Source: an uncultured Verrucomicrobiae bacterium (GTDB taxonomy: Bacteria > Chlamydiota > Chlamydiia > Chlamydiales > Rhabdochlamydiaceae). Taken from it: a DNA stretch of 64,000 bases. The notes under the pieces were generated by a model. The model was not told where the DNA came from, ran no database searches, and saw only the letters and a program-made list of their open reading frames with translations. The position numbers and the translations under genes were made by a program. This document shows positions 1-8,521 of the stretch, in pieces (the first letter of the stretch is position 1; every line of letters begins with the position of its first letter). The stretch covers positions 29,437 to 93,436 of the forward strand of contig CAWESW010000056.1 in NCBI GenBank assembly GCA_963811735.1. The letters are read 5' to 3'.

Positions 1-519
1 TATGAGCGCGGGGACTTCTGCTATTACCGCCCCAATCGATTCTCATCTGTGATGGCCGAGCATCTTAAGAAGATCATGGCCCTCTCTCCGGAACCGTGGA
101 AGCCACTAGAAAATTTTGACTTTGAAAAAGGGATCTCCTTTCCGCTGGCCAAATGTTTAGGGACAAAAGAAGCGATGGAGAGGATCAATGCTAAATTGCA
201 GGCAGTTCCTACTGTCTCAGCGACTATGATCCGCGATCCTTTGGGAGAAGATATTTATCTCATTCTCGTGACTGCAAAGCCAGCGACGAAAGGCAATGCG
301 CTGGGCATCGTCAAGGAAGTGATCGGAGACGGGGGACTCACAATAGCCGCCGGCGACGACCTCAACGACATCAGCATGCTCCTGGCAGCCGATATCAAGA
401 TCGTCATGGACTCGGCTCCGCCGGAAATGCTCCCGCTTGCGACGATCGTCGCAAAACATGGAAAGCAGCACGGTATCATCGAGGCATTAACCCAAGCTAT
501 CCAATGCCATTGCAAGTAA
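1..519 (+). CDS. Cof-type HAD-superfamily hydrolase, 5'-truncated by window edge
   Basis: Frame open from base 1; C-terminal HAD motifs TKGNAL and AAGDDLNDISML. Confidence 0.85.
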   Translation, partial: YERGDFCYYRPNRFSSVMAEHLKKIMALSPEPWKPLENFDFEKGISFPLAKCLGTKEAMERINAKLQAVPTVSATMIRDPLGEDIYLILVTAKPATKGNALGIVKEVIGDGGLTIAAGDDLNDISMLLAADIKIVMDSAPPEMLPLATIVAKHGKQHGIIEALTQAIQCHCK

Positions 520-872
520 CGATCGGATTCAAGCGCCTTGAAGTCGAATGCCTGATCGGCACATTTCCCCATGAAAAGACAGCCCCGCAAACAATTCGCA
601 TCACCCTTGCGGCCAGACTCAAGACCGCACCTCAGGATTTTCTCTCAGCGACAATCGATTATACCACGCTTGCAGACATCTGCAAAAAAATATGCCGGGA
701 AAGGCATAGGGACCTCATTGAGACCCTCGCTCAGGACATTCTCGAGGGAATCACACAAGTTTTTGAAATCGAGCGCATCAAAATCACCCTCGAAAAACCC
801 GCTGCGTTAAAAGACGCCAAGTTTGCTTTTGTCGAGGTTGAACAGGAGATGGCGGTATGCGCTGGACGCTAG
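504..872 (+). CDS. folB: Dihydroneopterin aldolase
   Basis: IGTFPHEK, TIDYTT, LIETLA and EKPAAL motifs typical of FolB. Confidence 0.88.
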   Translation: MPLQVTIGFKRLEVECLIGTFPHEKTAPQTIRITLAARLKTAPQDFLSATIDYTTLADICKKICRERHRDLIETLAQDILEGITQVFEIERIKITLEKPAALKDAKFAFVEVEQEMAVCAGR

Positions 873-1570
873 TGACCGGCGGCGCCAAAAGACTTGGCGC
901 TGCGATTGTCCGCACGCTTGCCAATGAAGGCCGCAACTGCGTCATCCATTACAGAAATTCGAAAACAGAGGCCGAGCAGCTCAAAGATGAGCTCCGCGCG
1001 CTGGGCTGCCAAGCGGAGACGATCTACGGGGATCTTTCGACAATTGACTCGACGCGCTCCTTTCTGAGCGAGTACTTGTCCCGCTTCGAAGAAACGGAAA
1101 TCCTCGTCAACAACGTCGGCAATTATGCGCTTGGGCCCGCAAGTAGCACAGATCCCAAAACAGCCCTTGATCTTTTTCAAGTCAATGTCATTTCCGCCTT
1201 GATGCTCTGTCAGGCGATGATCCCGTCTTTGAAGAAGTGCCGCGGCCACATCATCAATCTCGGCATTGCCGGAACCTCGCAGAGCTTTGCCAATACCCAC
1301 GCCACCCTCTACAACATGACAAAACTCTCCCTCTCGATGCTGACCAAATCCCTTGCCAAAGAACTCGCCCCTTTCCACGTCGCCGTCAACATGGTCTCGC
1401 CGGGTTATATCGAGAACTCCGTGGACCTTTCGAGCGATCCCCGCCATATTCCCTGGGGACGGCCCGCAACGCTTGCCGAAGTGGCCGGCGCCGTTCGCTT
1501 TTTAACCTCGCCCCAGTCCAGTTACATGACAGGGCAAAACCTGGAAATCTCCGGAGGAACTCGGTTATAA
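857..1570 (+). CDS. SDR oxidoreductase, FolM/pteridine reductase-like
   Basis: LVTGGAKRLG, IHYRNS, LVNNVG, YxxxK (YNMTK); coupled to folB. Confidence 0.8.
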   Translation: MRWTLVTGGAKRLGAAIVRTLANEGRNCVIHYRNSKTEAEQLKDELRALGCQAETIYGDLSTIDSTRSFLSEYLSRFEETEILVNNVGNYALGPASSTDPKTALDLFQVNVISALMLCQAMIPSLKKCRGHIINLGIAGTSQSFANTHATLYNMTKLSLSMLTKSLAKELAPFHVAVNMVSPGYIENSVDLSSDPRHIPWGRPATLAEVAGAVRFLTSPQSSYMTGQNLEISGGTRL

Positions 1571-2850
1571 TGGGTGTTGATATAGAAGAAGATTTAAAAC
1601 GTAAGATGGTCGATCTGAACATCGCTACAGCGCGCAAAATGCAAAGCCCGCAAACGGGATACGTGCATCTCAATTATGAATCGCACGATCGCCACGATAC
1701 GATCCCTCTTTTAGAGAACTTTTGTTTTGCGCTGGCTCTTTTCCGCAGCCGCATTTCAGAAAGCGTGCTTGAAGGAAAAACCCTTCTGGAGAACCTCCTT
1801 GTTTTCGAGGTCGAAGGCAACTTTCCCGTCTATCTGCATGAATACCCCCAATGCAAAGACCGCGACTTTGCTTTAAGTCTTTTGCCCGTTTTCCACTGGC
1901 TCATTGCCGATTTCCGCTCAGCTCTTGGCGAACCGCTCTCTATCCGTCTGGAGATGCTGATCGGCAGAATCCTTTCCCATGGTTATAAGATGCACGCACA
2001 GCGCCCGCTATGCAAATCCTCAGAATTTCGATTGAAGAGCTATTTCGAAGGCGTTTCGCCGTCATCCTGGATCCCTAACAGTGCGGAAGAGTGGGCAGAG
2101 GCCCTGATCAGCTGTCAGATGGCAAATGAAAGTAGATTGCTTGAAGAAGCACTAAGCAGATGGCATCCGCAGCTCTGCACCTATATCGGCCCGCAGCATC
2201 AGGACAGGGGAGAGCCCAAGGTGACGCTCTTTGATCTTCTTATGGGACACTATCATGGCATTTATTCATCGCGAGCGCTGCAGGACCACAAGGTCCATCT
2301 CTTGGCAAGCCTTATCCAGCCTTTTGAGGTGAAAGCACCCGCGGCCCAAAAAGAAGTGCCCTGCCACGCCATCGCATCAGATCCTGCGCAACCTTATGCT
2401 ATTTATTGGGGAACAGCGGAAAAACTCAACTCATTCTACCTCGATCTCAAGCAGGCGCAATGTGAGATGGTTAGAAACAAGAATGTCGTTGAGGTCACAG
2501 TCTCATTGCCCAAGAAACAGATTTCAGACAGCCAAGACACCGTTGAACTCTCTTTTTTTATGAATCTCAACGTGGCTCAAGAAATCCTCATTCAAGGCGC
2601 CAAAGCGACGACATTTCAACTGGGAGAGCACATCGATCTACTTTCAGCTGATCTTCATCTTAGTCTGGAAATCCTACTGGAAAAAGGAGAGGGGAGGTTC
2701 TTTGGCCACATCTTGCGCGCCAACCGGCCGAATCAAAAGGGAAAGAATCTGAAGTATGAGACCTATGACTGGCAGATCGCGCTGCGCACGATCCGCCGTA
2801 GTGAAGAATGCACTTTAAAGATACTGCTTAGAGGCATGTCTGCGAATTAA
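1570..2850 (+). CDS. Conserved hypothetical protein (chlamydial type)
   Basis: ATG at 1570 overlaps the upstream TAA; last codons (RGMSAN*) are supplied by the palindromic element. Confidence 0.75.
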   Translation: MGVDIEEDLKRKMVDLNIATARKMQSPQTGYVHLNYESHDRHDTIPLLENFCFALALFRSRISESVLEGKTLLENLLVFEVEGNFPVYLHEYPQCKDRDFALSLLPVFHWLIADFRSALGEPLSIRLEMLIGRILSHGYKMHAQRPLCKSSEFRLKSYFEGVSPSSWIPNSAEEWAEALISCQMANESRLLEEALSRWHPQLCTYIGPQHQDRGEPKVTLFDLLMGHYHGIYSSRALQDHKVHLLASLIQPFEVKAPAAQKEVPCHAIASDPAQPYAIYWGTAEKLNSFYLDLKQAQCEMVRNKNVVEVTVSLPKKQISDSQDTVELSFFMNLNVAQEILIQGAKATTFQLGEHIDLLSADLHLSLEILLEKGEGRFFGHILRANRPNQKGKNLKYETYDWQIALRTIRRSEECTLKILLRGMSAN

Positions 2851-3003
2851 GACTTCGCCGATTTTCGGGATTATTTTGGCCAATTTTCGATTCAAATTTG
2901 GGGGGTAATATACGAAATGTTGATATTACCCCCCAAATTTGAATCGAAAATTGGCTCAAAAGAACCCGAAAATCGACAGAAGCTTAATCCGCAGACAGCC
3001 TCT
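2830..3003. mobile_element. Palindromic MITE/RPE-like element, family A, copy 1
   Basis: Nested inverted repeat GAGGC(A)TGTCTGCG...CGCAGACAGCCTC flanked by TTA on both sides; core TTTTCGATTCAAATTTGGGGGGTAATAT...ATATTACCCCCCAAATTTGAATCGAAAA shared with other copies. Confidence 0.9.
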
Positions 3004-3935
3004 TAAGCTTTAGCTTCTGCAATTTCTGCTTCTTTTGATCTTTGCATCGCCTGGCTGTCAATGGCAACTCCCATTGCGTGCATCCCGTTGTCGACATACA
3101 GGATGGCTCCTGTGACTGCAGACGCGAGGGGAGAGCATAGGAATGCGGCGGCATTGCCGACCTCTTCTGCCGTCATGTCCTTGATCAAAGGTGCATTAGC
3201 CTTGGAATACTCGATCATGTTGTCGATGAAACCAATCGCGCGGGCGGCTCTACTTCGCAAAGGGCCTGCAGAAATCGTGTTGATCCGGACGCCCCATTTG
3301 CGGCCGGCTTCAAAGGCCAACGTGCGCGTATCGCTTTCCAATGCCGCTTTCGCAGAGCTCATGCCGCCGCCGTAACCGGGGACGGCTTTCTCCGATGCCA
3401 AGTACGTCAGGGAAATACAGGACCCATCGGCGCTCATATGCGGGCCGAAATGCTGCAGCAGGCTGACGAAAGAATAGCTCGAAGAGCTTAACGCGGCCAG
3501 ATAGCCATTTCTGGATGTTTCGAGGAGGGGCTTCTTGACTTCGGGGCCATTGGCAAGAGCGTGGACGAGGATGTCGATCCCGCCGAAGTCGCGTTCAACA
3601 GCGGCAGCAACTTCTGAAATGGTGTATCCGGAGGCGTCCTGGTAGCGCTTGTTCTCTCGGATCTCTTGCGGGACGTCTTCCGGTTTGTCGAAGGCGGCGT
3701 CCAAAGCGTAGACTTTCAGATATTCCATCATCTTCCCATTGGAAAGCTGGCGGGACTCGTCGAACTTGCCCATGCTCCACGACTGGGTGAAGATTTTTAG
3801 GATCGGCGTCCATGTGCCAATGATGATATCGGCGCCCGCTTCAGCCAGCGCTTTGGCGATCGCCCAGCCATAGCCTTGGTCGTCGCCGATGCCGGCGATG
3901 AATGCTTTTTTTCCTTTGAGATTGATAGACAGCAT
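3003..3935 (-). CDS. fabI: Enoyl-ACP reductase (chlamydial/plant type)
   Basis: [51 protein letters not shown]. Confidence 0.95.
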   Translation of the reverse strand: MLSINLKGKKAFIAGIGDDQGYGWAIAKALAEAGADIIIGTWTPILKIFTQSWSMGKFDESRQLSNGKMMEYLKVYALDAAFDKPEDVPQEIRENKRYQDASGYTISEVAAAVERDFGGIDILVHALANGPEVKKPLLETSRNGYLAALSSSSYSFVSLLQHFGPHMSADGSCISLTYLASEKAVPGYGGGMSSAKAALESDTRTLAFEAGRKWGVRINTISAGPLRSRAARAIGFIDNMIEYSKANAPLIKDMTAEEVGNAAAFLCSPLASAVTGAILYVDNGMHAMGVAIDSQAMQRSKEAEIAEAKA

Positions 3936-4128
3936 GATGGCTCCCTGCGTGATTAAAATTTTGAAGCACCATCATACCAGATAGTGGGGAATACCTCAAC
4001 CCAAGAGTGAGATCTGGGTTTGTTAAGAAATTGTAGTTTCTTGATATAAAATAAATATTTTAATTAAAGCTAAGTTTATGTATAATTAAATTTAAATAAT
4101 TTAAGTTTTAAAATAAGGATGTAAAAGT

Positions 4129-5901
4129 ATGAATAAGACAGATCCAACAATTCACAAAGGTAATTCAGCCCTTGCTCAAGTTCCCACGAACACAAATCTA
4201 TTTGACGATATGCCGGATGAATTAGTTGAAGCAATCTTTTTAAGATTGGATTCAGCTAAAGATGTCGCGGTATCAGCCGGACCGGTGTGTAAAAGATTCT
4301 ATGCAATTTCAAAAGATGATTTAATTTGGAAAACACTCTTTCTTCGCCAATTTCCACGTGAAGAAGCAACCAATGGATATTTAGCTCTTTATAAGGAGCA
4401 TGCCAGTTTGAGCCATAGGGCCAGACTTGGATTGTGCACCCTGCAACCGTTTAGAGCGCATGCATTACAAATCGACGGTGTTCAATTTGACGGAACCCAC
4501 GTCTATACGTTATACAGGGGAAGCGTTCATGTAAGAAATATCGCTGAAGGTACATCGCAGATCATTCAAGATGGCGACAAAAAGATCAGAAGCATTCATT
4601 GCGATGGAGAGTATATTTACATGGGCTTATCCGATGGAAAGATTCGGATTTTTGACAAAAAAACTCAAGCCCTTATTCAAGAATTCCAATGTCCACAAGG
4701 CTTCGATGCTAGTGGCTGTATTCGCGTTTGCGGAAATTGTCTTTATGCAGGTTCTTTTTCAGGAGCAGTCACGATCTTGGATATTTCAGATCTTGAGCAT
4801 ATCAAGTGCGTTCTCACGCTTTCGAATCCCAAACATTTGGGTCTCACAAAAAAGATCAGGAGTCTTGAAGTCATTGATGGCCGCCTTGTGACACTTTCAT
4901 TTGATAAGAGATTGACTGTCTGGGATCTCGCAAAGGAGGCAAAAGAGCCCATTCGGATGATAGAGGGGATCTATAGTTTTAAGGTCATAAAAGGTTGCCT
5001 GTATGCGGGCAGCAGCGATGGATCCATCAAGATCCTGGATATCGAATCGGGGGAGTGCCTAAAATCACTCCAAGCACATTCTCAACGTGTGCCTTGTCTT
5101 GAAGTCGTTAGAGATTTATTCTTCACAGCCAGTTTAGATGGAACGATAAAGATATGGGATATAAACACAAACCAATCCCTTCAAACACTTAAATGGGAAT
5201 ACGACATTGCAATCACATCTTTAAATATCTCTGGAAATCGCGTTTGTGCGGGTGGGATAAACGGAACGATGATGATCTGGGATTTTGGCTTTACATCCCT
5301 CTCTTCCCACCCATTGCGAACCTTAGAAAAAAATGTGGCGATCCTTGAAGAAATGGCTGCCATGATAAAAGATCAAAAGTATGGTCAATTAATCTCCTTG
5401 GCCGATGGGCTTCATGTGGATTTTCAGAGTCGCATCGAAGATTTTTGTTTGTGGCAAAGTTCCAAATTCGGCGACGCGGTATTGAACGATGCTGTCCGCG
5501 AAGGCAATCAGGACGCAATGACTACTTGGGTCCGCGGATTTTTATCTCAGGGGCCAACTCAAAGCTCAAGACTCCATGAATTGATGGAAGCAGCCGTCCT
5601 GCAGACACATGCAGATGTGTGCATTGAAATACTGCTCCACGCGGTCCAAAATCAAAATGCAGAAAAAGTCTCTCAGACGCTCGATCAGCTCGAATCTCTC
5701 AATCCCAAGCTTGCTCAGGAATTGTATGAGTTTCTGGCAGAGGGGTGCGGCATTGTGAATAAAAGAGGTAGAGTTACGGATCCGTTATGGGGCGGTATCG
5801 CCTTTCGCGATCCATTGGGGGAGAGCGCTCCTCTGTTCGCCAAAATTCGAGCGCTGCATAGGCTTAAAGAAACCTTAAAACCGGCCGACACTAAAAACTA
5901 A
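4129..5901 (+). CDS. F-box/WD40-repeat protein, putative secreted effector
   Basis: N-terminal F-box (DMPDELVEAIFLRL...VCKRF...IW), several SxDGTIKIWD repeats, helical C-terminal domain. Confidence 0.88.
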   Translation: MNKTDPTIHKGNSALAQVPTNTNLFDDMPDELVEAIFLRLDSAKDVAVSAGPVCKRFYAISKDDLIWKTLFLRQFPREEATNGYLALYKEHASLSHRARLGLCTLQPFRAHALQIDGVQFDGTHVYTLYRGSVHVRNIAEGTSQIIQDGDKKIRSIHCDGEYIYMGLSDGKIRIFDKKTQALIQEFQCPQGFDASGCIRVCGNCLYAGSFSGAVTILDISDLEHIKCVLTLSNPKHLGLTKKIRSLEVIDGRLVTLSFDKRLTVWDLAKEAKEPIRMIEGIYSFKVIKGCLYAGSSDGSIKILDIESGECLKSLQAHSQRVPCLEVVRDLFFTASLDGTIKIWDINTNQSLQTLKWEYDIAITSLNISGNRVCAGGINGTMMIWDFGFTSLSSHPLRTLEKNVAILEEMAAMIKDQKYGQLISLADGLHVDFQSRIEDFCLWQSSKFGDAVLNDAVREGNQDAMTTWVRGFLSQGPTQSSRLHELMEAAVLQTHADVCIEILLHAVQNQNAEKVSQTLDQLESLNPKLAQELYEFLAEGCGIVNKRGRVTDPLWGGIAFRDPLGESAPLFAKIRALHRLKETLKPADTKN

Positions 5902-6075
5902 TTACTTCTTCCCCTTGCCGCTCTTGCGCATCATCATGCGCTTCCAGCCTTCCGCTGTGAGAATCTTCTTTGGCGGAAGGTCTTTTGCTCGGGGAGCGGC
6001 GGGCCTTGGTTTTTCAGCGGCAGTTCTCTTGGGTTCTTCAGCTTTTGCTTTCTTCTTGAAGAAGCGCGAGATCAT
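5902..6075 (-). CDS. Small Lys/Arg-rich protein, 57 aa, absent from ORF track (MISRFFKKKAKAEEPKRTAAEKPRPAAPRAKDLPPKKILTAEGWKRMMMRKSGKGKK)
   Basis: Translated by hand; AGAGAAGG RBS upstream; fills the gap convergent with the F-box gene. Confidence 0.7.
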   Translation of the reverse strand: MISRFFKKKAKAEEPKRTAAEKPRPAAPRAKDLPPKKILTAEGWKRMMMRKSGKGKK

Positions 6076-6215
6076 ATGGGCACCTTCTCTTGGTTAAACT
6101 CACCCTTAAAATCTAGTCTATCCCCGATTTGAGCGTTCTGTCAAGCATTTTTTTTAAATTCTTGCCTTTTGATGACGATTCAGGTAAAAAAGGGCCAGAA
6201 CAAAGGGAGGAGCAC

Positions 6216-6626
6216 ATGACTCAGATCGACATCACCTATGAAGGGGATCTTTCCACGCGCTGCGTGCATTCCGACAACAAGGCTGAGATCCTGACCGATG
6301 CTCCCAAGGACAACCAGGGCTTAGGCAGGGTCTTCTCTCCAACGGACCTTTTCGCTGCATCGCTCGGGTCGTGCATGCTGACGCTGATGGGAATTTACGC
6401 CCGCCGCCTCAACGTCGACATCAAGGGGATGCAGGCCAAGGTGACCAAAGAGATGGCCGCAGCGCCCGTGAGGCGGATTGGCAAGCTGCGCGTCGAGTTC
6501 ACCTGTCCCCATCGCCCCCCTGAGGAAGCGATTGCAAAGCTCGTGCAGGCGGCAGAGAGCTGTCCCGTGCACAAAAGCCTGCATCCTGATATTGTGGTGG
6601 AGTTCACCTACAGTTGGGGGCATTGA
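6216..6626 (+). CDS. OsmC family protein
   Basis: TDAPKDNQG, FSPTDL..SLGSC, CPVHKSL; GGAGG RBS before ATG 6216. Confidence 0.9.
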   Translation: MTQIDITYEGDLSTRCVHSDNKAEILTDAPKDNQGLGRVFSPTDLFAASLGSCMLTLMGIYARRLNVDIKGMQAKVTKEMAAAPVRRIGKLRVEFTCPHRPPEEAIAKLVQAAESCPVHKSLHPDIVVEFTYSWGH

Positions 6627-7676
6627 TTGAAGTATCAGAACCTGGCCGCATTCGAAAAGCACCTGTCCCAAGCGGCGAAAGTTCAGCTTTCGCGCGTTTT
6701 TCTCATCGTCTCTTCCTGCCCTTATGAGCGCAAAAAAGTCGTCGAGAAAATCACAGCCGCCATCCGGTCCCGAGAAGGGAAGATAGACTTTCAAACTCAG
6801 GATGGGTCGTTGGGGGATGTCCAGGAAGCTGTGGACAGCTTGAATACCGCTTCACTCTTTTCCGGAAAACAGGTCCTGTACCTCGACGGGATCGACAAGC
6901 TCAAAAAGAATGCTCTTGCCCCTCTTGCCGATTACGTCGTCGCCCCATCCCCCTTTGCCTATCTCCTTTTGGGCGCAAATTCCGCTAAAAGCCTCACGGA
7001 GCTTTACGCCAAAGGTAAAAAGGAATTGATCGCCTGCGATTTGAGCGAGGAAAAGCCCTGGGACCGCAAAGACCGCCTCAAACGGACGCTAGCCGATTAC
7101 ACCCTCAAAGAGGGCAAGCGGATCAGCGGGGATGCTCTCGAATACCTGCTTGAAAATGTAGGGCTCAACCTTCCCGGCCTCGAACAAGAACTGGAAAAGC
7201 TGATCATTTATGCAGCAGAGCGCAGCGAGCTGGGCATTCAGGATGTGCACGCTCTGTGCGCAGCCCAGAAAAGCTTGACGCTGTGGCAGCTTGCCGAGGC
7301 GATTGCGTGGAGGGATCCTTTTCCCAAATTGGAGGAGAATGTCGACTTAAGTTTGCTCTTGCCTCTCCTCTCGCAATTGCGTACGCAATTCCAGCACGGG
7401 CTGACTGTGTCCCTTCTTCTCGAGAGGGGAACTCCGCATGTGGACATTGCCCACTATCTCCCGAGCGTCAAACCCGCAGCCATAGATAAAATGCTTCCCC
7501 TGGCAAAAGCGCGTAAAAGTCCCTTTTTCAAGCGGGCGCTCGATCTTCTCTTCGATGTGGAGCTGATGGCGAAGAACAGCTCATTTGATCCTGCGCTCAT
7601 TCTCGATCTATTACTGACCAAACTCACAATGCTGAAACGACATTATGCTCTATCTGCTTCCCAATCTTCTCGCTGA
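6627..7676 (+). CDS. holA: DNA polymerase III delta subunit
   Basis: SLF..K, LEQELEKL motifs; size and position next to the rsmI-like gene. Confidence 0.8.
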   Translation: MKYQNLAAFEKHLSQAAKVQLSRVFLIVSSCPYERKKVVEKITAAIRSREGKIDFQTQDGSLGDVQEAVDSLNTASLFSGKQVLYLDGIDKLKKNALAPLADYVVAPSPFAYLLLGANSAKSLTELYAKGKKELIACDLSEEKPWDRKDRLKRTLADYTLKEGKRISGDALEYLLENVGLNLPGLEQELEKLIIYAAERSELGIQDVHALCAAQKSLTLWQLAEAIAWRDPFPKLEENVDLSLLLPLLSQLRTQFQHGLTVSLLLERGTPHVDIAHYLPSVKPAAIDKMLPLAKARKSPFFKRALDLLFDVELMAKNSSFDPALILDLLLTKLTMLKRHYALSASQSSR

Positions 7677-8355
7677 CACTGAATCGCATGCAAATCAACT
7701 TCCTGTCAGTGTCGATGCCGCCGTCGCTACACTGACCGGCCTGATCGCGGAAAATGAAAAAGAGGGGCGCCATTTTTTGCGCAGGTTCGCTTTTCCAGCG
7801 CCAAAGACATTTCGAGATATTCCGATCCGTCTGCTCAATGAGCACAGCACCGATAGCGATAAGAGAGAGCTATTAAAGCAAATCGAACAAGGCGGGGTCT
7901 GGGGTCTTGTTTCCGACTGCGGGATGCCTTGCCTGGCCGATCCGGGCGCTGATCTCGTGTTGATGGCCAGAGAGAGGGGCATTGAGGTGGAAACTTTCGC
8001 CGGCCCGTCGAGCATCCTGTTTGCGCTCGTCCTTTCCGGACTCGGGGGACAGCATTTTACCTTCCACGGCTATCTGCCCAAAGAAGAGCTCCAGCTGCTC
8101 CAGGAATTGAGAAGGATTGAAAAACTCTCCTCCAAAGATCGGTCGACCCATCTATTCATTGAGACCCCCTACCGAAATGCGAGGATGCTCGAGAAGATCT
8201 TGTCGGCCCTCGACGATCAAACGTGGCTTTGCGTGGCCTGCGATCTGACTACGCCGACCCAATATGTACAGACTCGTAGGATCAGGGATTGGAAGAGAAC
8301 CCCTTTGCCCAACATCGACAAGCGCCCTGCTGTTTTTGCCATTCGATCCTTTTAA
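7645..8355 (+). CDS. Tetrapyrrole-methylase-fold SAM methyltransferase (RsmI/YraL-like)
   Basis: LYLLPNLL, SDCGMPCLADPG, GPSSI..AL.LSG, FIETPYRN. Confidence 0.85.
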   Translation: MLYLLPNLLADTESHANQLPVSVDAAVATLTGLIAENEKEGRHFLRRFAFPAPKTFRDIPIRLLNEHSTDSDKRELLKQIEQGGVWGLVSDCGMPCLADPGADLVLMARERGIEVETFAGPSSILFALVLSGLGGQHFTFHGYLPKEELQLLQELRRIEKLSSKDRSTHLFIETPYRNARMLEKILSALDDQTWLCVACDLTTPTQYVQTRRIRDWKRTPLPNIDKRPAVFAIRSF

Positions 8356-8521
8356 GTGCTCATCTTCAGTGATTTAAGACGTCTTTGACTTAGTGAAAAT
8401 TAATAAATTAATTTACAATTTTAATTGCAAAAAACATCAATTATGGATTAAAATTAATGTTTAAGTAATTAAATATGATTTCAATTAAATAAATGTAAAA
8501 AATAATTTTAAAAAGGAATAT

